Below, piece after piece: positions 29,334 to 39,299 of a stretch of DNA of 40,423 bases. Both the position numbers and the translations under genes were made by a program. Location of the stretch: the NCBI GenBank assembly GCA_964644695.1, contig CAZXWN010000009.1:62001-102423 (forward strand), read 5' to 3'. The notes under the pieces are model-generated. The model worked only from the letters and a program-made list of their open reading frames with translations, was not told the origin of the DNA and made no database searches. Source of the DNA: an uncultured bacterium. GTDB lineage: Bacteria; UBP4; UBA4092. How positions within the stretch are numbered: the stretch's first letter is position 1; each line of letters begins with the position of its first letter.

Positions 29334-31526
29334 ATGAACATGCCCTTGGAAATTCTTTCGGGCCTCATAGCGATTCTGTCGCTTGGTTATGTGGCCTACC
29401 TCCATTCCTGGGTTAAAAAACAGGATGTTGGAACCCCAGAGATGCAGGAAATCTCTAACGCTATTCGAGATGGTGCGAACGCATTTGTAAAACGCCAATA
29501 CACCACCATCGCCATGCTGGCCGTCGTTTTTGGAGCCGTATTGCTTCTGGCCTATGGTATATTCCAGCAAAACTGGCCCACAGGTATAAATACTGCTGTT
29601 TCTTTCTGGTTTGGTGCTCTTTGTTCTGGTATTGCCGGCGTCATCGGTATGAAGGTTGCAGTTCAGGCCAACATCCGTACCGCCTCTGCCGCCCGTAAAT
29701 CCATGGGTGACGCCCTTTTAGTGGCCTTCCGTGGTGGTGCCGTTTCCGGTATCACAGTCGTGGCCATGTCCTTGATTGGTATTTCCGCCATGTTCTTCAT
29801 TTTCGACCGCGTGGTTGGAACTGAAGTCTCCCGGATTCCTTCCACCATTATTGCTTATGGTTTCGGTGCCTCTTTCGTGGCTCTGTTTGCTCAGCTCGGT
29901 GGCGGTATCTATACTAAAGCTGCTGATGTCGGTGCTGACTTAGTCGGTAAAGTAGAAGCCGGTATTCCTGAAGATGATCCTCGTAACCCTGCCGTCATCG
30001 CTGACTTGGTCGGTGATAACGTCGGTGACTGCGCTGGTCGTGGTGCTGACTTATTCGAATCCACTGCTGCTGAAAACATTGGTGCCATGATCCTCGGTGC
30101 CGGTCTGTATGCCGTTTTACAGAAAGTGAATCCGAATCCTGCCAACATCAGCTGGGTTCTGTTCCCGCTGGTTGCCCGTGCGTTTGGTCTCCTTGCCTCC
30201 ATGCTGGGTATTGCCACCATTTCTAATAAAGACACCAAAGACCCGATGGCTACCCTCAATATGGGTTACTATGTGACCGCTTTCCTGGGTGCTATTGGTT
30301 TCGGTGTTGCCACTTGGTGGTTACTGTCCCCGACTTGTGCTAACTGGATGTATCTGTTCCTCTCCGGTGTTGTGGGTATCGTATTAAGTATCGTTTTCCT
30401 TTTCATTACTCAGTACTATACCGAATATAAATATCGTCCCGTACAGTCCATTGCTGAAGCCTCTGAGACAGGTCATGGTACCAACATCATCACCGGTCTT
30501 GCCGTCGCTTATGAATGTACGGCTCTTCCAATCATTGCCATTGCCGTTGCTCTTGCCCTCTCCTTCTGGTGCGGTGTCAAGGCCAGCGTTTTAAATGAAA
30601 CCATGCTTGATTCCGTTATCAGTATTTTCAATATGACCCCCGAACAAGCTTCAACTTACATTCATTACACAAACGGTATTTTCGGTACCGCCATTGCCAC
30701 CATGGGTATGTTAGCCACTTGCGCCTACATTCTTGCCATGGACACCTTTGGTCCGATTACTGATAATGCCGGTGGTATCGTTGAAATGTCCGGTGCTCCT
30801 GAAAATATTCGTATGAACACTGACCGGTTGGATGCTGTGGGTAACACCACCAAGGCCCTCACCAAAGGTTATGCCGTTGGTTCTGCTGCCTTAGCCGCCT
30901 TCCTGCTCTTCTCTGCTTATATCGAAGACACTAACAAATTGTTAGTTGCCGCTGGTAGGAAGACCATTGAATCCGTCAACTTGATCAATCTGCCCACCTT
31001 CATTGGTGCCATGTTGGGTGCTATGTTGGTGTTCCTGTTCTCTGCCTTCGCAATTCGTGCCGTCAGTAAAGCTGCTCAGTACATCATTCAGAACGTCCGC
31101 GATCAGTTCAAGGCCAACCCTGGTATCATGAAGGGCACCTCTAAGCCTGATTACGGTCAATGCGTTGATATCGCCACCAAGGGTGCTCTGAAAGAAATGA
31201 TTCTCCCCGGTGTGATTGTTATCGTCGTCCCCATTCTGATAGGTGTTATTCTGAAAGCTGAAGCCGTTGCCGCCATGTTGATGGTGGGTACCATTACAGG
31301 TATCCTCATGGGCCTGGTTATGAACAACGGTGGTGGTGCCTGGGACAATGCCAAGAAATACATCGAACTGGGTCATCATGGTGGAAAAGGCTCCTTTGCT
31401 CACAAAGCTGCCGTCACCGGTGATACCGTCGGCGATCCTTTCAAAGATACAGCAGGTCCGTCTCTCCATGTCTTTATCAAACTGTTGTCAACTTTGACTT
31501 TGGCTTTGGCCGCCCTGTTCATCTAA
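29334..31526 (+). CDS. hppA: Membrane-bound pyrophosphatase, predicted K+-independent H+ pump
   Basis: GGGIYTKAADVGADLVGKVE, DNVGDCAG, GGAWDNAKK, GDTVGDPFKD; GNTTKA carries the Lys associated with K+ independence. Confidence 0.97.
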   Translation: MNMPLEILSGLIAILSLGYVAYLHSWVKKQDVGTPEMQEISNAIRDGANAFVKRQYTTIAMLAVVFGAVLLLAYGIFQQNWPTGINTAVSFWFGALCSGIAGVIGMKVAVQANIRTASAARKSMGDALLVAFRGGAVSGITVVAMSLIGISAMFFIFDRVVGTEVSRIPSTIIAYGFGASFVALFAQLGGGIYTKAADVGADLVGKVEAGIPEDDPRNPAVIADLVGDNVGDCAGRGADLFESTAAENIGAMILGAGLYAVLQKVNPNPANISWVLFPLVARAFGLLASMLGIATISNKDTKDPMATLNMGYYVTAFLGAIGFGVATWWLLSPTCANWMYLFLSGVVGIVLSIVFLFITQYYTEYKYRPVQSIAEASETGHGTNIITGLAVAYECTALPIIAIAVALALSFWCGVKASVLNETMLDSVISIFNMTPEQASTYIHYTNGIFGTAIATMGMLATCAYILAMDTFGPITDNAGGIVEMSGAPENIRMNTDRLDAVGNTTKALTKGYAVGSAALAAFLLFSAYIEDTNKLLVAAGRKTIESVNLINLPTFIGAMLGAMLVFLFSAFAIRAVSKAAQYIIQNVRDQFKANPGIMKGTSKPDYGQCVDIATKGALKEMILPGVIVIVVPILIGVILKAEAVAAMLMVGTITGILMGLVMNNGGGAWDNAKKYIELGHHGGKGSFAHKAAVTGDTVGDPFKDTAGPSLHVFIKLLSTLTLALAALFI

Positions 31527-31541
31527 TACGGATTTAATTCC

Positions 31542-31575
31542 AAGCGGGTGAGTCTTCGGACTCATCCGCTTTTTT
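31542..31575 (+). terminator. Intrinsic terminator
   Basis: AAGCGGGTGAGTC-TTCG-GACTCATCCGCTT followed by a T run. Confidence 0.92.
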
Positions 31576-31650
31576 ATTGGATTGAAATAAACAGGGTTAT
31601 TGTCTATACTCAAATTTAGGGTACTGTTTTGATTTTGGAGGGGTTGATAG

Positions 31651-32040
31651 ATGTTTATGAAAAACAGTAAATTATTTGTTACGGGATTGTTTATCTCTCT
31701 TATTGGATTAGGCTTGCTTTCGGGATGTGTTGTAGCCTCAAAAGGGGAAGGTTCTTATCCTGTCCATCCTGTTCGTGGAAAAAAAGCCATAGAAATGTGC
31801 AAGGAAAATCTCAGGATGTTGGATGCTGCGACACAGCAATGGGCTTTAGATAACGGTAAAAGCGCTAACGATATTGTGTACTTTAATGAGCTGAAGCCGT
31901 ATTTGAGAAATCCTGAAAAAGTTCGGTGCTGTCCCCAAAATGGGAAGCCCTATAAGGATGGCATCAGAGTGATTGATTCATGGCAATGTCCTAATTGGGT
32001 AGAGAATCCGCAAAAGTACTCCGGACATAAAATACAATAG
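31651..32040 (+). CDS. Lipoprotein with a pilin-like globular domain
   Basis: Lipobox LSG-C; C.ENLRML.AA.QQWALDNGK...L.PYL......CP..G.Y...C pattern; GGAGG RBS. Confidence 0.65.
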   Translation: MFMKNSKLFVTGLFISLIGLGLLSGCVVASKGEGSYPVHPVRGKKAIEMCKENLRMLDAATQQWALDNGKSANDIVYFNELKPYLRNPEKVRCCPQNGKPYKDGIRVIDSWQCPNWVENPQKYSGHKIQ

Positions 32041-32162
32041 AACCTGTTGATAATAGGTACTGAAAAGCAATGTCGGAACTGGATGTCTTACTTTGTTGTT
32101 GATACTGTAGGGAGAGTATAGAATACAACTATGGGTCCACCTCCCTAATGAGAGGACCATTT

Positions 32163-33125
32163 ATGATACCCAAAACAAAAAGTATCCAAACAGCGACTAA
32201 TGGTCTTGAAGCAGCGCTTGAGTCTCTGCGCCGGGCTAATTTAAGAAATGAATTAATGATGGAGGCTTCCCGAACTGCCTGGTGGGAGATTGACTACCCA
32301 AACGCAAAACTCCTTTGTCATGTCCGATGGCCACAAATGCTTGGATATGACCCAAGCGAATTTCCTGTTGAATGGGATGAAATATTCAGGTACATTCATC
32401 CTGATGATGTGGCGGGTATAAGGAAAAAGTTTCAGGATATGTTAAAGGGTAAGGAGCTTGTCTGTGAAGGTGAGCTTCGGATGCGGACCCGGGATGGAAA
32501 GTTCATCTGGATGCGTCTGAGGGGACAAATTGCGAGTCGGGATGGGGGAAAACCCAAGCAGATTCTGGGAGTCATTTCCGACATGTCAGGTCAGCATCTG
32601 GATGAGGAAGCCCTCCGGATGAAAGCGGAAACGGATGCGTTGACCGGGTTACTAAACAGGCAGGCGCTGGTGCGCCGGGCCGAAGAGGAAGTCCATCGGG
32701 CCTGGAGGTATTCGCGACCATTATCACTGGCAATTATTGATATCGACAAATTCGCTCGGTTAAATGAAGTCTATGGACGCGATTATGGAGATAGGGTGTT
32801 ACAGGAGATGAGCGATCAGAGTCGCTCCTTACTTCGAACCTGTGACTTATTCGGCAGACTAGGGAATAATCAGTTCGCCGTTGTGTTGCCGGAGACGGAT
32901 ATTACTGGCGCCCAGGATGTGGCGGACCGTCTTTTGAAGAACATCGAAGAACTGGAAGTCCCTTCACGGCATGGGAAAATAAAGTTTACGGTCAGCATTG
33001 GAATCGCCTCCATGGACACCAAAGAAGACCCGTCGTTAGAGTCCCTGTTTCGTAAAGCGGATGATGCATTGTACCAGGCAAAAGCAGCCGGCTCGGGCCA
33101 AATCAAAACAAATACTAATTCATAA
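32163..33125 (+). CDS. PAS_3-GGDEF protein with a degenerate active site
   Basis: PAS (IHPDD, E.RMRTRDG.FIW); GGDEF fold (TDALTGLLNR, DID, TVSIG, ADDALYQAK) but GNNQF in place of GGDEF. Confidence 0.9.
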   Translation: MIPKTKSIQTATNGLEAALESLRRANLRNELMMEASRTAWWEIDYPNAKLLCHVRWPQMLGYDPSEFPVEWDEIFRYIHPDDVAGIRKKFQDMLKGKELVCEGELRMRTRDGKFIWMRLRGQIASRDGGKPKQILGVISDMSGQHLDEEALRMKAETDALTGLLNRQALVRRAEEEVHRAWRYSRPLSLAIIDIDKFARLNEVYGRDYGDRVLQEMSDQSRSLLRTCDLFGRLGNNQFAVVLPETDITGAQDVADRLLKNIEELEVPSRHGKIKFTVSIGIASMDTKEDPSLESLFRKADDALYQAKAAGSGQIKTNTNS

Positions 33126-33172
33126 TTCTTACTTACTCGCTATGGGTGGGAATGGTTTAAAATGTATAGACC

Positions 33173-35578
33173 ATGCCCCGAAACAAGACAACAATACTTG
33201 ACGAGCTAAACCCTAAACCCATATGGAAAGTCTCTGTGCGGGATTTAGTGTCTTTTGTTTGTATGGGTGGGGATATAGTCAGTGGTTTTGGTTCTCAGAC
33301 CATGATGCAGGATGGGGCCAAAATACACAGGGAGTATCAGGATGGCTCCGAAGAAGAGGATTATCATGCGGAGGTTCTCTTAAGTTGCATTGTAGAGTCG
33401 GAGTTACTGGATTTAGAAATATCAGGCCGGGCCGATGCGGTATTCATAGACGGGGATGTGGCGGTTGTGGAAGAAATCAAATCCACTCGATTAAGCCTGA
33501 AGGGTCTGAGTCGAGACACAGACCCAACCCATTGGCCGCAAGCCTTGTGTTATGCGTGGATGTTGATTCGTGAAGAAGGTTTGGATGAGATTCAGATTCG
33601 GTTGACTTATGTGCAGGCTGAAAGTAAGAAGACCCGCTCTTTCATTGAGAAATATACTGCGGAGGAGGTCAATCGACAGTTTCAGGTGATTGTGGATGAA
33701 TACCTGAGATGGTGTGCTCTGCGGCGGAAGTGGGAAATAATCCGAAATGAATCACTGGCGGAGATGAATTTTCCCTATCCGGCATATCGAAGGGGTCAGA
33801 GGGAACTGGCGGTCGCTGTATATCGGGGACTCCGGGATGAGAAAACGATATTTGCTCAGGCCCCGACCGGGATTGGAAAGACTCTGGCAACGGTGTTCCC
33901 TGCACTCAAAGCGCTGGGTGAAGGGAAGGTCGAGAAAGTCTTTTATTTGACGGCAAAGACGCTGACCCGCACTGTTGCCGAAAACACACTGGATCAATTG
34001 CGCAGCAGGGGTGTCCGGTTTCGATGTGTCACTCTGACGGCCAAGGAGAAGATTTGTCTTAATGAGAAGGTTGCCTGTAACCCGCAAGATTGTCCTTTTG
34101 CGAAGGGTCATTACGACCGCATAAAAACTGCGCTCTGGGATTTATTCGAACACGAAGAAGTATTGTCTCGGGATGTCATCATACAGTATGCACAAAAACA
34201 TCGGGTATGTCCTTTTGAGTTTTCACTGGATACTTCGAGCTGGTCCGATGGTGTGATATGTGATTACAACTATGCATTTGATCCTCGCGTATATCTGAAG
34301 CGGTTCTTTTTATTTGGTGGGGACTATGCGTTGCTGATTGATGAAGCACACAATCTGGTAGACAGGGCGAGGGAAATGTATTCGGCGGAGATTTGCCGGT
34401 CTGTCTGGCGGCATTTGGGTAAAGAAATCAAGGTGGATAATCCTAAGCTGGCGACGGCGGTGAATCGGATCGCCCGGTGGTTGTTGGGGTGTCGGAATCT
34501 GGAACTGACAGGTGAGCCGCCTGCTCTGGTTCTGAAAGAACAGCCGGATGATTTAATTGAAAATCTGCAGCGATTCATGACTGTGGCTGAAAAGTGGCTG
34601 GTGAAAGGCATCTCCACTCCATGGCGGGAGTCGCTGATAGACAGATATTTTGAAGCGGCGAGCATGGTACGGATATCCGAGTTTTATGATGAGAGATATG
34701 TGACTGTTTATCGGAAAGAGAAACGGGATTTATGGGTAAAACTGTATTGTATGGATCCTGCGGACCCCATCCGAAAAGCCTGTGCCAAAGGAAAAGGAAC
34801 GGTCTTCTTTTCGGCGACATTAACTCCCATGAATTATTACCTTCGGATGCTGGGAGGCAATGAGAAAAGTGTTCAGATGCAGCTGCCCTCCCCCTTTCCC
34901 AAAGAACATTTGTTGTTGATGTTGGACCGTACGATTTCGACTCGGCTGCGGGACCGAGACCAATCGTATGACAGGATTACCGAGGCTGTTGCAGAAATGG
35001 TGAGTGCACATATCGGGAACTACTTAGTTTTCTTTCCGTCATATAAATACATGGAAGAAGTTGTGATGCGGTTCCAGAGCAAAGGGCTGGATGTACGGGT
35101 TATGGTACAGGCCCCGAAGATGGCGGAGATAGAGCGGGAGGCTTTCTTATCCGAGTTTGATTTCCCCGCGGAAGGGACCTCTCTGGTAGGGTTTGCGGTG
35201 CTGGGTGGAATCTTCGGAGAAGGTATTGACCTGACGGGAGACAGGCTCACCGGAGCGGTTATTATAGGGACAGGATTACCGCAGGTATCTCCAGAGCAGG
35301 AAGTCTTGAAAGGATACTTTGATGAAATGATGGGTACTGGATATGATTATGCCTATACCTATCCTGGATTTGCCCGTGTGTTGCAGTCACTGGGTCGAGT
35401 TATCCGGACAGAATCAGATCGGGGAGTCGCCCTTCTGATTGATGAACGATACGGCTGGAGTTCGTATCATTCCCTGTTTCCTCGGCATTGGCCTCATCCT
35501 CATAAAGTGTCCGGACCCGATAAAATAAAAAAACTGGTGGAAGGCTTTTTTGAACCTCTCCCACCAGTTGAGAAATAA
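33173..35578 (+). CDS. DinG/XPD (Rad3) family Fe-S helicase with an N-terminal PD-(D/E)xK nuclease-like domain
   Basis: GRAD...EEIKS and QA..YA nuclease motifs; APTGIGKT; four Cys (C..C..CPF..CPF); DEAHN; SATL; Q..GRVIR. Confidence 0.92.
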   Translation: MPRNKTTILDELNPKPIWKVSVRDLVSFVCMGGDIVSGFGSQTMMQDGAKIHREYQDGSEEEDYHAEVLLSCIVESELLDLEISGRADAVFIDGDVAVVEEIKSTRLSLKGLSRDTDPTHWPQALCYAWMLIREEGLDEIQIRLTYVQAESKKTRSFIEKYTAEEVNRQFQVIVDEYLRWCALRRKWEIIRNESLAEMNFPYPAYRRGQRELAVAVYRGLRDEKTIFAQAPTGIGKTLATVFPALKALGEGKVEKVFYLTAKTLTRTVAENTLDQLRSRGVRFRCVTLTAKEKICLNEKVACNPQDCPFAKGHYDRIKTALWDLFEHEEVLSRDVIIQYAQKHRVCPFEFSLDTSSWSDGVICDYNYAFDPRVYLKRFFLFGGDYALLIDEAHNLVDRAREMYSAEICRSVWRHLGKEIKVDNPKLATAVNRIARWLLGCRNLELTGEPPALVLKEQPDDLIENLQRFMTVAEKWLVKGISTPWRESLIDRYFEAASMVRISEFYDERYVTVYRKEKRDLWVKLYCMDPADPIRKACAKGKGTVFFSATLTPMNYYLRMLGGNEKSVQMQLPSPFPKEHLLLMLDRTISTRLRDRDQSYDRITEAVAEMVSAHIGNYLVFFPSYKYMEEVVMRFQSKGLDVRVMVQAPKMAEIEREAFLSEFDFPAEGTSLVGFAVLGGIFGEGIDLTGDRLTGAVIIGTGLPQVSPEQEVLKGYFDEMMGTGYDYAYTYPGFARVLQSLGRVIRTESDRGVALLIDERYGWSSYHSLFPRHWPHPHKVSGPDKIKKLVEGFFEPLPPVEK

Positions 35579-35582
35579 CGAA

Positions 35583-37612
35583 TTACTTTTCCATCTCAAT
35601 TATCATATAGGGTAATTTCCTAACTTCCGACTGTACCGTTAATCCGGATTGCTGTGCCGCATAGTCCAGCATAACTTTGGGGTCTTTCTCAGCTCGAAAA
35701 TCAAGGGATTCAAACAGTAATGAATCCGCTGGAGTCCCTGTGGCATCATTCACAATAATCACAGGACTGTTATAACTGATGGCATTCAACAGGTCATTGA
35801 AAGAACCTCCTGCAAAAGACCGTTTCTTATCTGTTTTTGTCAGGTAGATTATCTGGCTGTCTTTGGTAAAACTCTTGCTGTCAGTAATTGACTCATCTGG
35901 AGTATATTTGTACTGACCCTTAAGGACCAGGCATGTTTGTTCTTTCTCAACAAGACGGACCGATATCTTTTCCTTGAGTTGTTGGCGAAGTATTTTCTCC
36001 AGAGGTTTTTGTAAATCAGCCAGCGTTGTGTTCTTTCTGATGACCAAGTCCCCAGTAAGAGTTAGCTTGTTTGAAATAGAGTCAATAGAAAACTGTTTCC
36101 TATTAATATTGAGTGCATGAAAGATGTAGTAAAGGCTTATGTTTCGACTTCCAAAGATTCTGGGATGTACATAAGCAGGGTCATAAATCCAGACTCCGCA
36201 TTGTGTATAATTCTGGGGATTAGGGTATTTATGGGTCGCCGCGTATGCGATTTTCTCCTGGTAATGTTTTTTGTTTGGCAGAAATTTGATAACTTCTCCC
36301 TCTTTCAGAGAAAAAGACTTTTTAAATTTCTCATAATAAGAGGAAGCCTCTTTGGGATTCTTGAAATAAAAGGGAGTAACATCTGACTGACTGTTAAAAG
36401 GTTCACCAGAAAGGAGATTGACGATACAGGATTCGATCATGTTTCGTGCTTGATCCGTCACAAGAATACCCTTCTGGTCAATCAGGAATAATGTAGGTAC
36501 AGCTCTGACCCCATAGTGACTACTGATGTCATTCTCCCAACCCTTCCCATCAAAATACTGCGGCCAGGGGATGTTCTTTTCTTTCACAAAGGAGGTCAGT
36601 TCATCCTTGTTGTCATCCAGGCTGATACTGATAATCTCTAATCCCTTTGAATGGTATCTTTTATAGATATCCAGCATTTGGGGGATTTCACCCACACAAG
36701 GACCACACCAGGTGGCCCAGAAATCTATGAGAATTACTTTGCCTTTGAGTTTGGCCGTATCCACTTTCTTCCCATTAATATCCGTGAATTGGATTCGTAT
36801 AGGTTTCCCCATGATGGCGGCTCGAGTTAAATAGCCTGTGGATTGTTTCTGAATGAACGAGTCTTTTGAACCGGTACATTCAGTATAGAGACTTGCGGCA
36901 AGTTTTGGGTTTCCATGTTCCATCATACTGGCATATTCCTGCAGCAAAATTTCCTTCTTTGAATAATCAGGGTACATGGATATAAACAGGCGGGCTGTGG
37001 ATTCGATGGAAATCAACAAATCAGTATTATTAGACTGATAGTATTGTGTTATCAGTCTATCCTGATAGGCGGACCAGAGTTGCATCGCATCCGCAGGATA
37101 TACGGTATTGTCCTTCATCAATTCTTTACAAATTGCTTCCGTGATTGAATCTATTGCCTGACTTCTTTCCATGTAGTTGATGGTTACACATTTTGCCAGA
37201 ATGTTTTTGAGCCGTTTTTGAAGGGGATGGTTTGGGTAGTCTTTTCGGAATTGAAGTGCAAGTGAAAACAGTTTGGCCGCCTTTTCCTTCCCCTCAGGTT
37301 GGTAGGCCTGATAAATCTCAAACGATTTGTTAAGCGTGCTGATTTCTGCCCAGAGTGATTCTGGTGTTGTTGAACTGGGGGTCTCTGCCCAGGCAGTCCC
37401 CCATCCCAATANNNNNNNNNNNNNNNNNNNNNNNNNNNNNNNNNNNNNNNNNNNNNNNNNNNNNNNNNNNNNNNNNNNNNNNNNNNNNNNNNNNNNNNNN
37501 NNNNNNNNNNNGATTCTGGTGTTGTTGAACTGGGGGTCTCTGCCCAGGCAGTCCCCCATCCCAATAGAAGAACCAATGATACTACTAATCCCAATAGTGA
37601 ATATCGTTTCAT
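35583..37612 (-). CDS. Exported TlpA-like thioredoxin with a helical N-domain and an uncharacterised C-domain (spans the assembly gap; about 624 aa once the gap is closed)
   Basis: GKVILIDFWATWCGPC, ISISLD, YGVRAVPTLFLID; signal peptide MKRYSLLGLVVSLVLLLGWGTAWA is recovered when the 55-nt overlap is collapsed. Confidence 0.85.
37412..37511. other. Scaffold gap (100 N) flanked by an exact 55-nt duplication
   Basis: 37357-37411 is identical to 37512-37566. Confidence 0.95.
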
Positions 37613-37656
37613 GCCCCACCTCTGTTAGATTGTTGGATGATTTAAGTTGCCGGGTT

Positions 37657-39057
37657 TTATTTTTCCTCAATAACTAATACGCTGAACTCTTTGGTTTCTT
37701 CCTTAAAGGTAAGACCTGTCTGTTTGGCCAGCAGTTCCAGGAAGGCGATGGTATTCTGTTTCTGGTAATAATCCGGGAGTTCCATGAGCATGGTTTCGGC
37801 CGGTATCCCGGTTGCTTCGTTAATGATACGAATCCTCTGCACATTAGCCAGCCGGTTAAGGTAGTCAGGAAAGGTTGTTTCAAGCCATTCAGGACGAGTC
37901 CGGTTTTTATAAAGAATCATTCGGTAAGGTGTTTTAATGACCGTACTGTCCTGACTGGTGACCATGGGATTGTATTGGAATCGGCCCTGAAGAATATAAG
38001 CCGCCGTCGTTTCTTGTTTGACGGTCACTTTTACCGGCTTCTTGAGTTCAAAGGAAATGAATTGCTGGAGCGCCGGGGCAATTTCCTGTATGGAAGCCTT
38101 TTGGTTGATCAATAAATCTCCCTTGAAATTCAGTTTTAACAAATCTGGGTTGCCCTGAATATCAGAAGCGTTCCCGTCCTTGAGGCCGTAATAGACAAAC
38201 CGAATGGGAAGACCCATGGAGTTAGACATCCCCGGGGTGATGTCTTTACCATTGACCTTCCAGACGGCGGTCACTTCCTGTTGGGGAATAACACTGTCGC
38301 GGTACAGGAAATAGGCGGCCTTCTCCTTGGGATAAGTGCCATAGGGAATATACTTCAACGGCTCACTATCCATTAAGGTATAGAGTGCCTGGAATCGTTC
38401 CAGGGAAATCTCTTGGTCAGCCTCAGACTTAAAGTTTACGGAGGGAGCTCTCTGTGGGGTTATCTTCATGGGAGCTGGACCGTCTTCCGCCATGAGAGAT
38501 GCCACCATGCGTCGGGTATCCATCCATGCATCCGTAGAGGCCAGTTCACCTTTTTTGTTAATGAGCCAGACTCTGGGAATAGAGTTGACGTTGTAATTAC
38601 GGCTGATTTTATTATCCCAGCTCCGGCCATCATAATAATGCGGCCAGGTTAATTTCTCCATACTGACGAAAGAGTTAAAAGCCTGGGAGTTCCTGTCTAA
38701 ATTAATGCCAATTACTTCAAGTCCACTGTCATGGTATTGGTCATAGAGGGCTTTTACGGTAGGTGCAAATTCTCGACAAGGTCCGCACCAGCTGGCCCAG
38801 AAATCAATCAGAATAACTTTCCCCCTCATCTTGGAAATATCGACAACTTTTCCATCGTAACTTGTAAATTTCAATTGGAAGGGTTTACCCAAAACCGCGG
38901 GTTCCATGACGAGATCATCACTTCCGCCGCCGGAACTATTACTGTTCAGTAATACCTCCCCTTTAGATTGGGAATGGGCGGACTCGATACTTCCAAAACA
39001 AAGTACTAATCCAACCAAAAAGTATAAACTCCATGCGTGCCTGCTGAAATGTGTCAT
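37657..39057 (-). CDS. Exported TlpA-like thioredoxin with the same C-domain as its neighbour
   Basis: Signal peptide; GKVILIDFWASWCGPC, GINLD, YNVNSIP; C-terminal domain aligns with 35583-37612. Confidence 0.9.
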   Translation of the reverse strand: MTHFSRHAWSLYFLVGLVLCFGSIESAHSQSKGEVLLNSNSSGGGSDDLVMEPAVLGKPFQLKFTSYDGKVVDISKMRGKVILIDFWASWCGPCREFAPTVKALYDQYHDSGLEVIGINLDRNSQAFNSFVSMEKLTWPHYYDGRSWDNKISRNYNVNSIPRVWLINKKGELASTDAWMDTRRMVASLMAEDGPAPMKITPQRAPSVNFKSEADQEISLERFQALYTLMDSEPLKYIPYGTYPKEKAAYFLYRDSVIPQQEVTAVWKVNGKDITPGMSNSMGLPIRFVYYGLKDGNASDIQGNPDLLKLNFKGDLLINQKASIQEIAPALQQFISFELKKPVKVTVKQETTAAYILQGRFQYNPMVTSQDSTVIKTPYRMILYKNRTRPEWLETTFPDYLNRLANVQRIRIINEATGIPAETMLMELPDYYQKQNTIAFLELLAKQTGLTFKEETKEFSVLVIEEK

Positions 39058-39264
39058 TGAGAAACTCCCAAATTGTGTGCCATAAAGATGTTAAGCCTGA
39101 TTGGCGTAATCGTATCACACTCAATTAAGTAAATCCATCCGGGTGAACCCTTCTTGCGGCGGTGTTTCGAGGGGATATTCCTTCAAAAAGGAAGTATTTT
39201 CTCTTATTTGCCAAATTAAAGTAAAAAAGTGTTAATTATGACAAAAAATGTAAACTGATTTGTC

Positions 39265-39293
39265 TTGATGGGGTGGGGGGCTCAAAGTATGAT
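39265..39293 (+). promoter_or_regulatory. Putative sigma70 promoter
   Basis: TTGATG-N17-TATGAT. Confidence 0.55.
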
Positions 39294-39299
39294 GATACC

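Noticed and set aside
33173..35578. Helicase as CasDinG or Cas4 of a type IV CRISPR system
   Set aside because: No array, Cas5/6/7 or csf genes in the window
35583..37670. Frameshifted or pseudogenised TlpA gene
   Set aside because: The frame break is fully explained by the duplicated 55-mer around the N-gap
39121..39160. Prepilin-like peptide QEGFTRMDLLN on the minus strand
   Set aside because: It stops immediately, has no hydrophobic helix or credible start, and is probably chance
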